A stretch of DNA of 64,000 nt from Obrimoposthia wandeli (taxonomy: Eukaryota). Of the stretch, positions 34,322 to 46,046 are shown one piece after another (the first letter of the stretch is position 1; every line of letters starts with the position of its first letter). The DNA lies in contig CDROCS010003425.1 in assembly GCA_977020255.1 (NCBI GenBank), positions 1-64,000 of the forward strand, in the 5' to 3' direction. The position numbers and the translations under genes are program-made. Under the pieces are notes generated by a model. The model saw only the letters and a program-made list of their open reading frames with translations. It did not search any database and had not been told where the DNA came from.

Positions 34322-37300
34322 ATGGCAGCACCTTCAACCTCAGCTGCGATTGTCTCAACTATTAATATAAATAGTTGTCTTCCCGTTCAATTAGGGGGAG
34401 GTTTGTCAGCGACAAACGGAAGAAAGAGGCGAGGCCAATTTCTTAATAAGGTCCCACCCAAAAAACGTAGAGAAAACGGTGCTACTATAGAGTATCACCT
34501 AAATAATAAATATGTTATAGTTAAGGTGCCATTAGGAAATGAAATTTTATTAAACGTAGGTGTAGATTCAAATATTGAAACTCTTTTAAAATCAGAAGTG
34601 ACTAAATTAGGACAGGCTAAGGTTCAATTTAGCGCAACAGTGCAGTTTAAAAATGTCAATGAGGAAACTAAAACTTGGGTAATTTCACATAAAGCAACTG
34701 TTTTTTATGATAATTTTGTAACTGAAATTGGAAGAAACCTGGATGAAAAAATTGCTAATTATAGCGAGTTAAGTAGTGGATGAACTCTAGTTAGAATTCA
34801 CGATGTTAGCTTTGTTCTAACAAAGTTCACTGACATGATATATCTTTCGGGGAGTTCATACATTCCTTCACCTAGATCTCTTCAACTTTCACGTTCCATT
34901 GTTAACGTACAAAACAGTGATAACCTTTGCTTTCTGTATAGCGTGTTGGCCATCCTCAAAAGGGATGTAATTACTGAGCATAGAGAGCGTGTCAGTAAAT
35001 ATACCCCTTTTTAAATGAATTGCAGTATCATGGAATAGATTTTCCTGTTAAATTAACTGCGATATCAAGATTTGAACATCTTAATAACTTGAGTATTAAT
35101 GTATTCAAATATAATACTGATATCCCAGTTAATGTAACAGATGAAGAAATATTTAAAAATCCTTTTGTAGATGTAATTTATAGGAGCAAAAATGAGGGGA
35201 CTCAGGTCAACTTAATTTTGCTCGAACAGAATAATAAATTTCATTATGCTGCAATTCCCAGTTTAGATCGTCTTCTAAATTTAGATAATGGAGCCTTACC
35301 GGTTAGGATAAGGTGTAAGTAGTGTCATAGATGTTTGCATGGATGTTTGCATGGATTCCGATCCGAGCTCTCTTACAGCAAACATCTGACATTATATTCA
35401 CTAAATCTTGATGACAATACGCTATATAGCATGCCTAAAGATAAGGATTTAAAATTCAGGGAGTGGGCAAAATACATACTCATTGAAATCAAGGTGAATG
35501 CTGATTTAAATCAATTTTAGCATTGCACGACCAGTATGAGAGTATTCACCTACCGGCTTCGGCAGGACTACTATTCTTAGGCCCCAATATTACACAGTAT
35601 CATAAATTTTCCGGTCCAAATTGTATTTTAGATTTTATGTTAAAATAGAAGAATTAGGAACAACAATTGTCAAACCGTGGTATGATCTTAATGCTCATCA
35701 AGCAATGATCATGACAGGCATAGACTGGGTTAATTTTAATTCTTGTAGATTATGTTATTTGTGTGAAACCCAGTCTAAGTTTGTCAGAGATCACGATTAT
35801 GTTACGGGGCGATACTTGGGAGTGGCGTGTATCCTCTGTAACCTTGGCCGTCGACTCCCTAAAAACCACGCATTCCCATCGTGTTTCATAACCTCAAAGG
35901 ATATGATTTGCATCATATACTTAAATATGCGTTGGGTACATTAAGCTCTTGGGAAATTTCACGTATACCTCAAACTTCAGAAAAATATTTATCTTTAACT
36001 GCATATACTGAATTCTGTAGTTTAAGATTCATAGATTCTCTGCAGTTTTTGAGCGGGTCTTTAAATAATTTAACGGCATCTTTAAATGCATGGCCAATTA
36101 CACAGTCAGTGTTCCCAGCTTCAGTTAACGATAAGGGGATTTTTCCGTATAAATTTGCGAAAACTTTCGCAGATTTAGAAAATACAACTGAAATCCCACC
36201 CATAACTGAATTTGAAAGTGTATGTCTTCAAGACTATAATGAGGCCCGTACATTTTGGGTGAATAATTGTCGAAATCTTTTAGAATATATGCTTTATTAT
36301 ATGAAGTTAGACATTTATCTTTTAGCTGATGTTTTTGAGTCCTTTCGTGTAAAATCTTTAGCAGAAGATGGGCTAGATCCCATGCATTTCTTTAGTTTAC
36401 CTGGTCTTTCATGGGCAACAGCAATAAAAACACTTAAAATTAATATCGAGTTACTGCAAGATCCCGCGATGCATCAAATGTATGATTATGGTGTTACGCA
36501 GTGGACTGACTTTTGTCAACAAACATCATGTTGTCAATAATCAATCCACGGAGATTCTGTATATCGACATTAATAATTTGTATGGGTGAGCGCTTACTCA
36601 ACCTCTACCTCATGCCAACTTTAAGTGGGTTTATGATGAGGAACAGTTGAATAAGTTGATGACAGATTTGGCTACTGTTGATACAGTTTCATCCGACGTC
36701 GGCTATTTGGTTGAGGTGGACATAAAAATCCCTCCCAATGTGCATGATAAATTAGATGATCTTCCAGTAGCGCCTGTTCATCAATGCCCACCTAATTCAA
36801 AGGTTAAGAAATTATTGTTAACCCATGAAGACAAGTTGAATTATGTTGTGCATTGGCGGCTTCTTCAATTCTACTTAAAGTTGGGAGCGAAAGTTACTCG
36901 AATTCATCGTGCTATAAGCTTCAGTCAAAACTTTGTGTTTAAAGACTATATTGAGAAGAATTCAAGAAAACGTAATTTGGCCACTAGCAAATTCGATCGA
37001 GATTTTTACAAGTTAAAAAGTAATAGTCTCTTTGGAAAAACTGTAGAGGACTTGCGGAAACGTATTTGTCTACGGTTTTGCAATGATGAGCGTAAACTAA
37101 TAACATATACTAGCAAGTACAACTTCAAGCGTAGTTTTACAATTGCAGATGACTTGGTAGCAGTGTTATTAGGAAAACAGAGTATTTGTCTCGATCGACC
37201 GAGTTATATAGGTCAAACGGTTTTAGACATTTCTAAACTTAGAATGTATGAGCTTCAATACATAGAATTGGAGAAATACCGACAAGAATTTAATTGTGAG

Positions 37301-37786
37301 ATTAAAATCGCAGCTGGGGACACTGACTCTTTCTTTTTAGAATGTAGGAATGTTAGTTTAAATAATCAATTATTACCAGCAATGTTTAGGGACAACTTAC
37401 TAGATACCCATAAATATCCCGCTAACCATCCTCTACACTCTATGAGTTTAAAGGACATTATCGGGAAATTTAAGGATGAAAGCGAGGGACAGGTTTCGTA
37501 TGATGATTGTATTTTCCTACGCCCTAAATGCTACAGTTTACATGCATCTAATAATACATGTTCAATGAGAGCAAAGGGTGTGGGAAGAAACAATCTTACA
37601 CATGAGGCCTACCGGAAAGTTTATGATACTGGGTGTATTGAAAGCGTTGAGCAAACTAGATTTATTTCAAGAGCCCATCAACTGTATTCCCATAAATCAA
37701 CCAAAATCGCTTTGAGTAGTAATGAGGACAAGCGCTTTTGGGTAGAAAAGAACGCTAGCCTGGCTTATGGACACTTCAGAATTTAA
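34322..37786 (+). pseudogene. pPolB: Protein-primed DNA polymerase B, disrupted
   Basis: GSSYIP...IVNVQNSDNLCFLYSVLA, RDHDYVTGRYLGVACILCNL, FHNLKGYD, RFIDSLQFL, KGIFPY, YMKLDIYLLADVFESFR, YIDINNLYG*, KLKSNSLFGK, GDTDSFF, GKFKDE, LRPKCYS and RAKGV. Several stops and frameshifts. Confidence 0.97.
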
Positions 37787-37956
37787 ACGGTTTTCATTTT
37801 TTGATTTTTTTAGTTTAGTTTTTTAAAATTTTAGATCCTTATGGCACTTAGACTCTAACTTATTTGTTATTTCAATACTTTTTTAGGATGGACCTTATTT
37901 ATTATGCCTTATCTTTGCTGACATATCTCATTGTGATGTTGTGATTAATAAATGTA

Positions 37957-38828
37957 TTAAATTTTTTTTTTAGATATCCATATTGTTCTCAAAAGTGGAA
38001 CTCGCTGTCCTCCTACAAGCGTTGGTTCTATTAAATTAGTATAAATATATAAATGATTAACAGCATTTAAAAGTTTTGCCTTATTTTTAGCTTTTTTGGT
38101 TTTTATTGTATGGGTTTCAAAGGTATTTCTGTTTAAACCAAGGTTTTTAGCGAGTTTATCATCAAATGAAACTCGTTTTATATTGCTCTTTACTGTAAAC
38201 ATTAATTTACCATTTAATGTTTCACATTTATCCAAATATTCACTACATTCCTTCTGTATTAATTTACAGAAATTCACTTCACTATCTATTTTATAATCTT
38301 TTGAAAACGTTTTCAGTTCCACTACAGTCTTTGGTCTCGTTTCAAGTAACAACACTTTTGCTACTCTACCAGGAACATTTCTAACCGAATTAGATGAGAT
38401 AATATCCCGTTTATTACGAGCTACTGTTTGTTCACTATCAAAACTGAATTGAAGAGCTTCTTTTTTAGATTCAAAATTAATTTTAATAACTTGAAGAAAT
38501 TTTAATCGATTTTTAAATCTGACTTTGTTATTTTCAAATATTACTTTCACTTCTTTATCTATACAATTGTAATAGAATTGTCCTTTACTTTCAAACCCGA
38601 TCACAACTTCAGTTGTTTTTTCATGATCAACTTCTTTTGTAAACGAAATATGTGAGTTTTTTTGATAGTAATTGGAGAATAATAAAAAGAAAATTCTGCT
38701 AAAGCCACTTCCCATTCTCCTTGGAGATTTATAGAATTTTCCCAATCGATAATAAAGCTACTAGCGTCATTATCTGGTTGAGTCTTCGGACATCCGTTAC
38801 TTGGTAAAACCATATACATAGACTTCAT
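37957..38828 (-). pseudogene. Polinton minor capsid (penton-like) protein, frameshifted and C-terminally truncated
   Basis: N-terminus YMVLPSN...DNDASSF...INLQGEWEVALAEF. Near the end, LYIYTNLIEPTLVGGQRVPLLRTI runs into an A-tract and stop. Confidence 0.75.
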
Positions 38829-39853
38829 ATTATATTAGATGTTGATATCCAAGTTGGGTCTGAATAACCATGCCATTTAACAAAGTATTGTTTATGTTTA
38901 CCTGTACCCTTAGATTTTAATATTTTTTGAATACGGAAAACGCTAGGTTTATTTGATATTACTTGTAGTTCTTGCTCGTAAAATTTACCGTGAACGATAT
39001 TATTGTCAGCATCTTTAATAGTATACATTATTGGATTACTCTTTTGATCAATTTTACTTATACAAAATATTTCATCGCTCCAATTCTGATCAAAGTTTTT
39101 AATAAATGGAGTAGAGCTAATTTTTGAAATTCGAACATATTCGTTTTTCTTATATTTAGCTTTTTTAATTTTATCTTTTTTATTCCTGTTCATCCAAATG
39201 TCCATAGAATTTTTATTAGTAACATCAACAGGTCTCATTCCCTTGAGACCTCTATGTTCAGAGTGATTACATGCATGTATTATTTTAGGTAAAACTTGGA
39301 TCCATTTTTTATTTCCTTCTTTTGTGAAATACTTTTTTATTCGATCTCTTAGAGTACGATTAAATCTTTCTACTACTGCTGCTTTGTATTGTGAAAACAC
39401 AGAGTAATGATTTATATTATTTTGTTTAAATAATGATTGAACTTGCTTATTATAAAATTATTTTCCTAAATCAGTTTGCACATTTTGTGGAATGTCCTCT
39501 TTTAATATTTCTTTAATGGCTTCAAGCATAGCTATTGAAGACTTTGCTTTAACTGGAATTGCACGAGCAAACCTGCTAAATACATCAATACATGTTAAAA
39601 TATATCGATATCCCTTATTAATGGAAGAATATGGGATCATCTCCATCAAATCCATTTGCCATAAATTATTAGGACCGCTGGTTTTGTAAGCTCTAGTTGG
39701 AAACCTTCTTCTCATCGGCTTGTTCAGACTGTAGGCTAACTGATCGCTCAGCCATTTCTGCGTTTTCTTGTAATTTTGTTTTGTTCTTTTTGCTAATTTT
39801 GAAACTCCTGTGTAGCCAATTGGATCTTTTGGATTGAACCATATCTTCTCCAT
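38825..39853 (-). pseudogene. int: Retroviral-like integrase with C-terminal chromodomain; one nonsense codon
   Basis: WQMDL, LTCIDVFSRFA, QTDLGK*FYN, VVERFNRTL and the chromodomain IQKILKSK...YFVKWHGY. ORFs 39458..39907 and 38825..39400 join through a single TAA. Confidence 0.95.
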
Positions 39854-39939
39854 TACAACAATTTGAATAGAAAGAAAATTTAAGTTTAGGTAAAGAAGGG
39901 CTAGCACCCATATCTTTAGCTGATTTTAGAAATAATTGT

Positions 39940-40269
39940 TTATGAACGTGTCGCAGCTATAATACTACTGATAATTGAAGCAACAACTGGAATAACAGCC
40001 CCTATGAAACCACCATTCTGTTTAAGAATAATATTTCGTTTCCTATTTTTACTTTTTACATTAGCAATATCTAGAAGAGTTTTTCTATATTTCTTTAATA
40101 TATTTTTCCGATTTCCAACTTTTACTCGACCCAAAACTATATTATATAAAACTTCCAATAAATCATCTACAACAAAGGATGGGAATGTTTTAAGAATAAT
40201 CATTCTCTTATTAGAAGAGGCTTTGACTAAAGCTTTAAAATAGGGTATGCTTCTTTGTATTTTCTTCAT
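39940..40269 (-). CDS. Small basic Polinton core-like protein with a QxGG/F processing-type motif
   Basis: K/R-rich body ending KQNGGFIGAVIPVVASIISSII, which resembles adenovirus pX-type C-termini. Confidence 0.55.
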   Translation of the reverse strand: MKKIQRSIPYFKALVKASSNKRMIILKTFPSFVVDDLLEVLYNIVLGRVKVGNRKNILKKYRKTLLDIANVKSKNRKRNIILKQNGGFIGAVIPVVASIISSIIAATRS

Positions 40270-40454
40270 TTTAATAAAAAAGGTTCAATTTAAATATTGT
40301 TTATATTCGAAGCCATTTAAGTTTTTTTTTATTTTTAACTACAGATTTGATTAAGTGTTCACTTCTTTTTTCTTAATGATTCTTTTTTTTGATTTCTTAG
40401 ATTTTACTTTACGTTTTACTATCAACTTTGTAAAAGGCATTGCGAATTTATTTT

Positions 40455-41095
40455 TTATAATTGTTCTCAATTTGTTTATAAACAGTTACTCCCTTAGAAT
40501 TAAATATGTCTGTTAAAACACGTAAATCATCTGGGCAAGCTTGTGTAAAGTCAATAAATATATACCCATGTGCTTGATTAGCAGCATCGTGGAATTAATC
40601 AACTAGAAAGTTCTTATTTTGAGGAAATGCCTGTCTGGCCACAAAATCAACAACTGTTTGATCTCTAGGATTTTTAAATAAAACTAAGTAATGTACATTA
40701 AGATTTCTTGTTCTATGGTGACCTCCTTGGTGAAACAGATTTTGAGTGATAAATATAACTGTAACTTCACGATGTCTTGCAATCTTTGTAAATAAATTAT
40801 TAAAGTCCGATTCCTTGTTAGCCTCCTCATACAAATCATCAATTATTATTACATCTTCTTTTTTCAATCTTTCACACCAATTTGCATCAAATCCTTCAAT
40901 AAATTTTATACCCTTTAACTTGTAAACTTCGGTTTTGGTTAACCCGCTTTCCCCTCCTCCACCATGATGCCAATAAATATTTTTGAAACTAGATTTGAAA
41001 ATAGATTCATTTTGCAACAATTTACAGACGAAATGTGTCTTTCCACTTCCACTTGAGCCAACTATTTGAAATACAGCATTATTATTTAGCTCCAT
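40455..41095 (-). pseudogene. A32/FtsK-type packaging ATPase; one nonsense codon
   Basis: Walker A GSSGSGKT, Walker B IIIDDL, ARHREVTVIFITQN and LFKNPRD. Continues after the TAA at 40595 as FHDAANQAHGYIFIDF...DLRVLTDIF. Confidence 0.93.
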
Positions 41096-41132
41096 TGCAT
41101 ATACTCTTTCATTTTTAATATTGTTTATATTA

Positions 41133-41414
41133 TCATAGAAGTTTCCTTATTGAAATGTACAATGTTAGAGCTATTGTAGATGAAATACAAAAATTAATTA
41201 ATGAATATTTGGCTATAATTTTATTTATTTGTGTACGATTTCTAAATTCTCGAATAACGTGTGATCTAACCAATATTTCAATGTTATCTCTTGTTATATC
41301 ATTATTTTTTAATTCTGATAAAATTTCTTTACCCCTAATTTTTCCAGAAAATATTTCATCGGCAAGCCGATCCACTTCATTGTCTCTATTTATAGTATTA
41401 TTCATTTGAAACAA
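41133..41414 (-). CDS. Hypothetical protein with a C-terminal hydrophobic helix
   Basis: 93 aa ORF co-oriented and overlapping between the TBP-like gene and the ATPase. Confidence 0.5.
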   Translation of the reverse strand: MFQMNNTINRDNEVDRLADEIFSGKIRGKEILSELKNNDITRDNIEILVRSHVIREFRNRTQINKIIAKYSLINFCISSTIALTLYISIRKLL

Positions 41415-41938
41415 TAAGTTTAAACGGGGTTTGTTTATAGAAAAAAGATAACAAGATGTAATAAGATATATTTTCTAAAATCAAATCAACTATGTCTGGA
41501 TAATCAAAATTTTTCAATCCCAATATCATAACTTTACCACTGGAAAATATATTTATACATAGCGGTTTAAACTTCAAATAACTGAGAGCAGGAAAAATTT
41601 CTGGTTCAAACATGCATTCTTCTTTCATTTTCTCTGCAGTTTTAAAAAGATTTATCTGTTTCCCGAGATTAGCCGAAATCGTGATTGATTGTATTGCAGT
41701 GATTTGAATTTCAAATGGTAAATTGAACCCAAGCATTGGTATTTTGCATCCCATAACACGACAATTTCCTAAAAGAATTCAATATGAAAATAAAATAAAA
41801 AAACTAACCTGTATGAAAAATAACAACTGCGAAATTGTCAAATCTTTCCACATATTGTCTCGGCTTCCATTCATTGAATGGTAAGTATGAAACATCATCT
41901 TCTGTTCTACCTTTATAATTTATATTTACGAGTTTCAT
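41398..41938 (-). CDS. TATA-binding-protein-like (two-repeat TBP fold), 166 aa, one 40 nt intron
   Basis: Exon 41938-41809, intron 41808-41769 (GT..AG, phase 1), exon 41768-41398. Repeat 1 reads KLVNINYKG...AVVIFHTGNCRVMG. Repeat 2 reads IQSITISANLG..INL...MFEPEIFPALSY...INIFSSGKVMILG. Confidence 0.8.
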
Positions 41939-42187
41939 TAGACTGAAATTGTATTCTATAAAATCTTCTTTATATATGTCTGAACCTGCTTTTTTATTAC
42001 ACGTTTCTTGTAATTATCTTGCAAACCTATTATAATTGGATGATATATTTCTTCCAATCAATTTTGATTTTTAATATAGATTTAGTCCAATCAAATTCAA
42101 TGCTTTAGTTATATTAACCAATGAGATTCATGTCTTTGTTAGAAATTAGTATAAAAGAATGCGCCATTGGAGGACAAATCACAGTAA

Positions 42188-42664
42188 ATGCATTCATATC
42201 AAAGACAATTATCAACAATGGATGATAGCCAACGGGTATTAAGCGATGACGAAGAAATGTTTGAAGAATCGGATAAGGATATGTATGAAGAAGTGAAACA
42301 ATATTTCAAATACAAAGTCAGATTCTTGAAGAAGGCTCAACTGATTGCTTTAGTAAATCCTGTGACAATTGAAAGAAGAAAGTTCAGCTACTATCTATCA
42401 GGTATTCAAAAACCTGATTTTCAATATCTTAAACAGAAAATAGAAAAGGCAGTTCCGAATTTTACTTTCAATAAGAACGAATTTTATATCCGAGGAGCCG
42501 ATGAAGCATTTCTAGAGGACTATGGAAGATATGTTGATATTGATGCGTTTCCGAAAAAGAAGCAATGGACTGTAACAATTCGACTTTATGGTTACAAGAA
42601 AGATGAAATGGGAACAAAGTTGCCTATGTGGAAAATTGAACGTGCTCATATTTCTATGTTTTAA
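42188..42664 (+). CDS. Hypothetical protein, possibly OB-fold ssDNA-binding; paralog 1
   Basis: TATAAAAG upstream. C-terminal WTVTIRLYGYKKDEMGTKLPMWKIERA is shared with the next ORF. Confidence 0.55.
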   Translation: MHSYQRQLSTMDDSQRVLSDDEEMFEESDKDMYEEVKQYFKYKVRFLKKAQLIALVNPVTIERRKFSYYLSGIQKPDFQYLKQKIEKAVPNFTFNKNEFYIRGADEAFLEDYGRYVDIDAFPKKKQWTVTIRLYGYKKDEMGTKLPMWKIERAHISMF

Positions 42665-42797
42665 CTTTTGTGTGTAATAAATTGTAATCGGTTTTACTAT
42701 GTTTCTTTCATTTAATAATCAGTTTTATTTGTATCTTATTTGTATCTTATGTGTATTTTTTATAAACATTGTTTTTAATCAGTTTCCTTATTTTAGA

Positions 42798-43202
42798 ATG
42801 GATAAAAGATGTGTAGCAAATTTTTATTATCCAGAAAGAATTTCAAAAGGAAAACTATGTAATATATTAAAGAGGCATCAAATTATACGAGTTATGAATC
42901 CTGTGTAAATATCAAAAGTGGAGAAAAAATATCTCATCGAAATTTTAACAACAACTGATTTTGATCAACTGAAAAATATTTTGGGATTTTACATTCCTGA
43001 TTATGTATATGAAGGAAATTGTTTCGAGCTTGAAACTGATCCTAGTCTGGATTTTAAAGATGATCTAGGATATTTGATTGCTCCAATTCTAGATGAAGAA
43101 CTATGGAATATCTCAATACGTCTGAATGGATATTTTGCTGATGACGGGAAAATGCAGCCTCTCTGGACTTTGAGTGAAGCCAATATGTTGTTTTATGTTT
43201 AA
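42798..43202 (+). pseudogene. Paralog 2 of the preceding protein; one TAA
   Basis: MDKRCVA...RVMNPV*ISKVEKKY...WNISIRLNGYFADDGKMQPLWTLSEA aligns with LVNPVTIERR...WTVTIRLYGY...PMWKIERA. Confidence 0.6.
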
Positions 43203-44399
43203 TAAATATTTTGAAAAATAATTTTGTCTCGTATTTGTTTTTTGCTCCTCTAAATTATATAGATCTGACCGATTTTTCTCCTCTAAATTCTAAAACTGAC
43301 ATAGATATTTAACATGTAGTAATTTATTAATCTAAAATATTTCTTAAAAATAGTAGTAATATTTGAAATCTCGTCTGCGAAAAGCCGTCGGGGTCAATAT
43401 GGATTCTCGTGGTCTTCTCTAACCACTTTTGAGATTCATGGTAAAAGTTTAACAAATATAGTGGGGGGGTACCCCTTCCTTCCCCCCCTTTGGGTGGAAT
43501 GGAGACACACCTACACGAAATTTCACTCCACACACATGCACGGTTTTAAAGGACAGTAGGGGGGAGGGGGTGTGGATTAGACCGGACACATCCACCTACT
43601 TAGGGGGTACACGAATTTCACAAAGAATTTTACTCGTAATGAATCTTCTATCGATTTCGCTAAAATAACTATATTTAACTTAGCACACTTAAACTTCCTA
43701 AAATTACTACAGAATACACAATATGGTTGACAATTTTCTATGCGTATACTTTTATACGCCTACTGCTATAATCACCCTTCAAATTATTTCTCGTGTCTTT
43801 CTATCCGTCTATCTAACTCTTTAATTTAATATTTTATTGCCAACTAATTCAATAACGTCGTTTTACTCGAAATGTACTTAATAATCAAACGTTTTTTTTA
43901 AATGTACTTAAAAATTCAATTCGTCTTTACTCAAAAATGTACTTAAATATTCAGTTCGTCTTTATTCAAAAAATTACTTTAATAAAATTTTGTTTTTTGC
44001 TCACCAGTTTAAATTAAATATCTGTAGTTCAGAATTGGCTAATTTGAATATCTGTAGTTCTGAATAACCAAGAATTAATTTCTCTTTTTATATCAAATTT
44101 ACTCACCTCTCACTTCTCGCTTCTCGCGGCCTCTAAAAATGGAAGATGGCGTCTGCATCTCGAAGTATTCCTGTCTGGGTGCTTCACGAACTAATGAAGT
44201 CTGAGTGCAAAATACCATTAAAAGATATGTTACAAATAAGAATAAAGATTGGATAAAATAACTGCATGTCAACTGTTTGCTGATTTGGATATTGACTAAG
44301 AAGCAAAATTATTAAAAAAAACAGGTATGCAGCACGAAAAATCAAACTATCCTTGAAGCAAATGTCTAAATGTCTAGCTGGACTGAAAAGAAACTCCAA

Positions 44400-44780
44400 T
44401 GGACAAAAATACATTTTCTGATGATAAACGTTTCACTTTGGATGGTCCAGACAATTGGCATTTGTTATTTTAAGTATACAAGCATGAAAGAAGGGGACAG
44501 TTATACAAAGGAATGATGTCAATGTGGACGTGGTGGTTTATTGATGAGGGGTATTTGTACAAAAATAACCCAACCATTTAAATCAATCCGTTACTTAAAA
44601 TTATTAAAGAATGAGGAAATTATACGAAATTAAATAGCAAAGTTTATCTATATTCAAGATGATCACAGAGTACAAATTAAATAATTTTTGTTACCCCAAG
44701 GTACCCAATTAGTCCAATGGCCTTCTTAGTCCCTGGACCTTAATATGATTGAGACTGACTGGAAGTTAATTACTGAAATT
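44400..44780 (+). pseudogene. Tc1/Tc3-like transposase relic
   Basis: FSDDKRFTLDGPD and QWPS*SLDLNMIETDW. Confidence 0.7.
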
Positions 44781-45979
44781 ATAATCACATATTCAGACAA
44801 AGCAAGCAAAAGGAACCCAAAGAAAAAAAATTAACTTTTCTGACAAATAATAGGCCTAGTTACGAGAAATTTTATTTCTGTAAAGGTCTAATTGTAACCT
44901 GAAATATGCTCAATAATTTGAGTCATCATCTGAGGACTTCCAAAAAAAGAAACGAAGAATTAAATCTATGTTTTTTTGTCATTTTATCTGAAAAGAACTT
45001 CATCATTCTTTCAAATTATTTAACACAATTTTCCAGGCCTCCGTGAAAGTTTAGTAGTCGAACTAGACGCTCCATATCGAATGTCGGGGAAATCCGAGAC
45101 AAATCAAAATTCAAACCAGTGAACTTAAAGCTCAAAGCTAAAAGAAATATCTTACAGATTTATGCAGAATGTTTAAAGATAAATTAAAAGAGAATCTGAA
45201 CACTTTTAATCTTTGCAGAAAATTCAACCTATGCTGTCGTCAAATATTGCTTTATTCATAAAGTTAATTAATCTCTACATGGTAAATCAAAATACGACAC
45301 AAACAAATGAATGCGCATTTATTTTTTCACTATGTTGACATTTTTGATTTCATGTCATCTAATATTAGACTTGATGCAGAATTAAAATGAAAAAATAACC
45401 AAATAACTTACGCAATGTTAAATTTTCTAAACTTAATTTGTCATATTTTTTTCTCTTTAAGTACTTAATTTAAACAAAACTAAACATACAGACCTTCCCA
45501 TGCATAAGTATATATAAATGTTTTGTTTTTTAAATTTGAAAGAAAGTTTGTCAAGAACTGAAATAAGCCAACTTATTTGAGATGTGTCAAAAAGTCTTGG
45601 TGATATCCTAAATGAAGACAGTGTTAGAGGCTATCTATAAACTGTTATTTGATGCTTATTAATATAAGTAATATTATAATTAATATTTTTAAAGCTGTTT
45701 TAAGTTTTGGCTGATAACATTAGGTATATACGTTACATAATTTATATTGCTGTAATTTTTGTTGTTGTTGGTAACCTAGTACACAGAAATTTGGCTAATT
45801 GGATATAAAGACAAAAATGTAACTCTAAATAATGTATCGAATCAACAGTAGAAGAGTCCAGATTCGTTCTTTATCCGAGATGTCCCAGTTAATCTTTTGA
45901 AAATATCTAATAGTTCCAGAAAAATCCAGGGCAACCTTCAAAAGAGCATAATGTAAGTTTCGTTAGATAATTTGTTCCC

Positions 45980-46046
45980 AGAACAGGGAATTTAAGCCCG
46001 GGTCTCTACTTGCAAGTCGTGCATTCTACCGCTGAACTATTGTAGC
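45980..46046 (-). other. tRNA-derived (SINE head or pseudo-tRNA) sequence
   Basis: Minus strand TAGTTCAGCGGTAGAATGC (A box) ... CCCGGGCTTAAATTCCC (degenerate B box). The stems do not pair well. Confidence 0.45.

Larger units (their letters stand above)
28529..43600. mobile_element. Polinton/Maverick, 15072 bp, both ends present, coding capacity disrupted
   Basis: 5'-AGTAG...CTACT-3' termini. TIRs at 28529-28626 and 43505-43600. Perfect 6 bp TSD TAGGGG at 28523-28528 and 43601-43606. Encodes pPolB, integrase, ATPase and minor capsid protein. Confidence 0.98.

Noticed and set aside
33736-36590. TGA read as Trp (alternative genetic code), since TGA occurs at Trp positions at 33736, 34781 and in NLYG*
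   Set aside because: TGA is a true stop for the integrase (ATGA overlap at 38825-38828), most Trp codons are TGG, and G>A decay in an AT-rich genome explains the pattern.
40351-40440. 29 aa lysine-rich minus-strand ORF as a protamine-like core peptide
   Set aside because: Plausible by position, but too short and homopolymer-rich to distinguish from chance.
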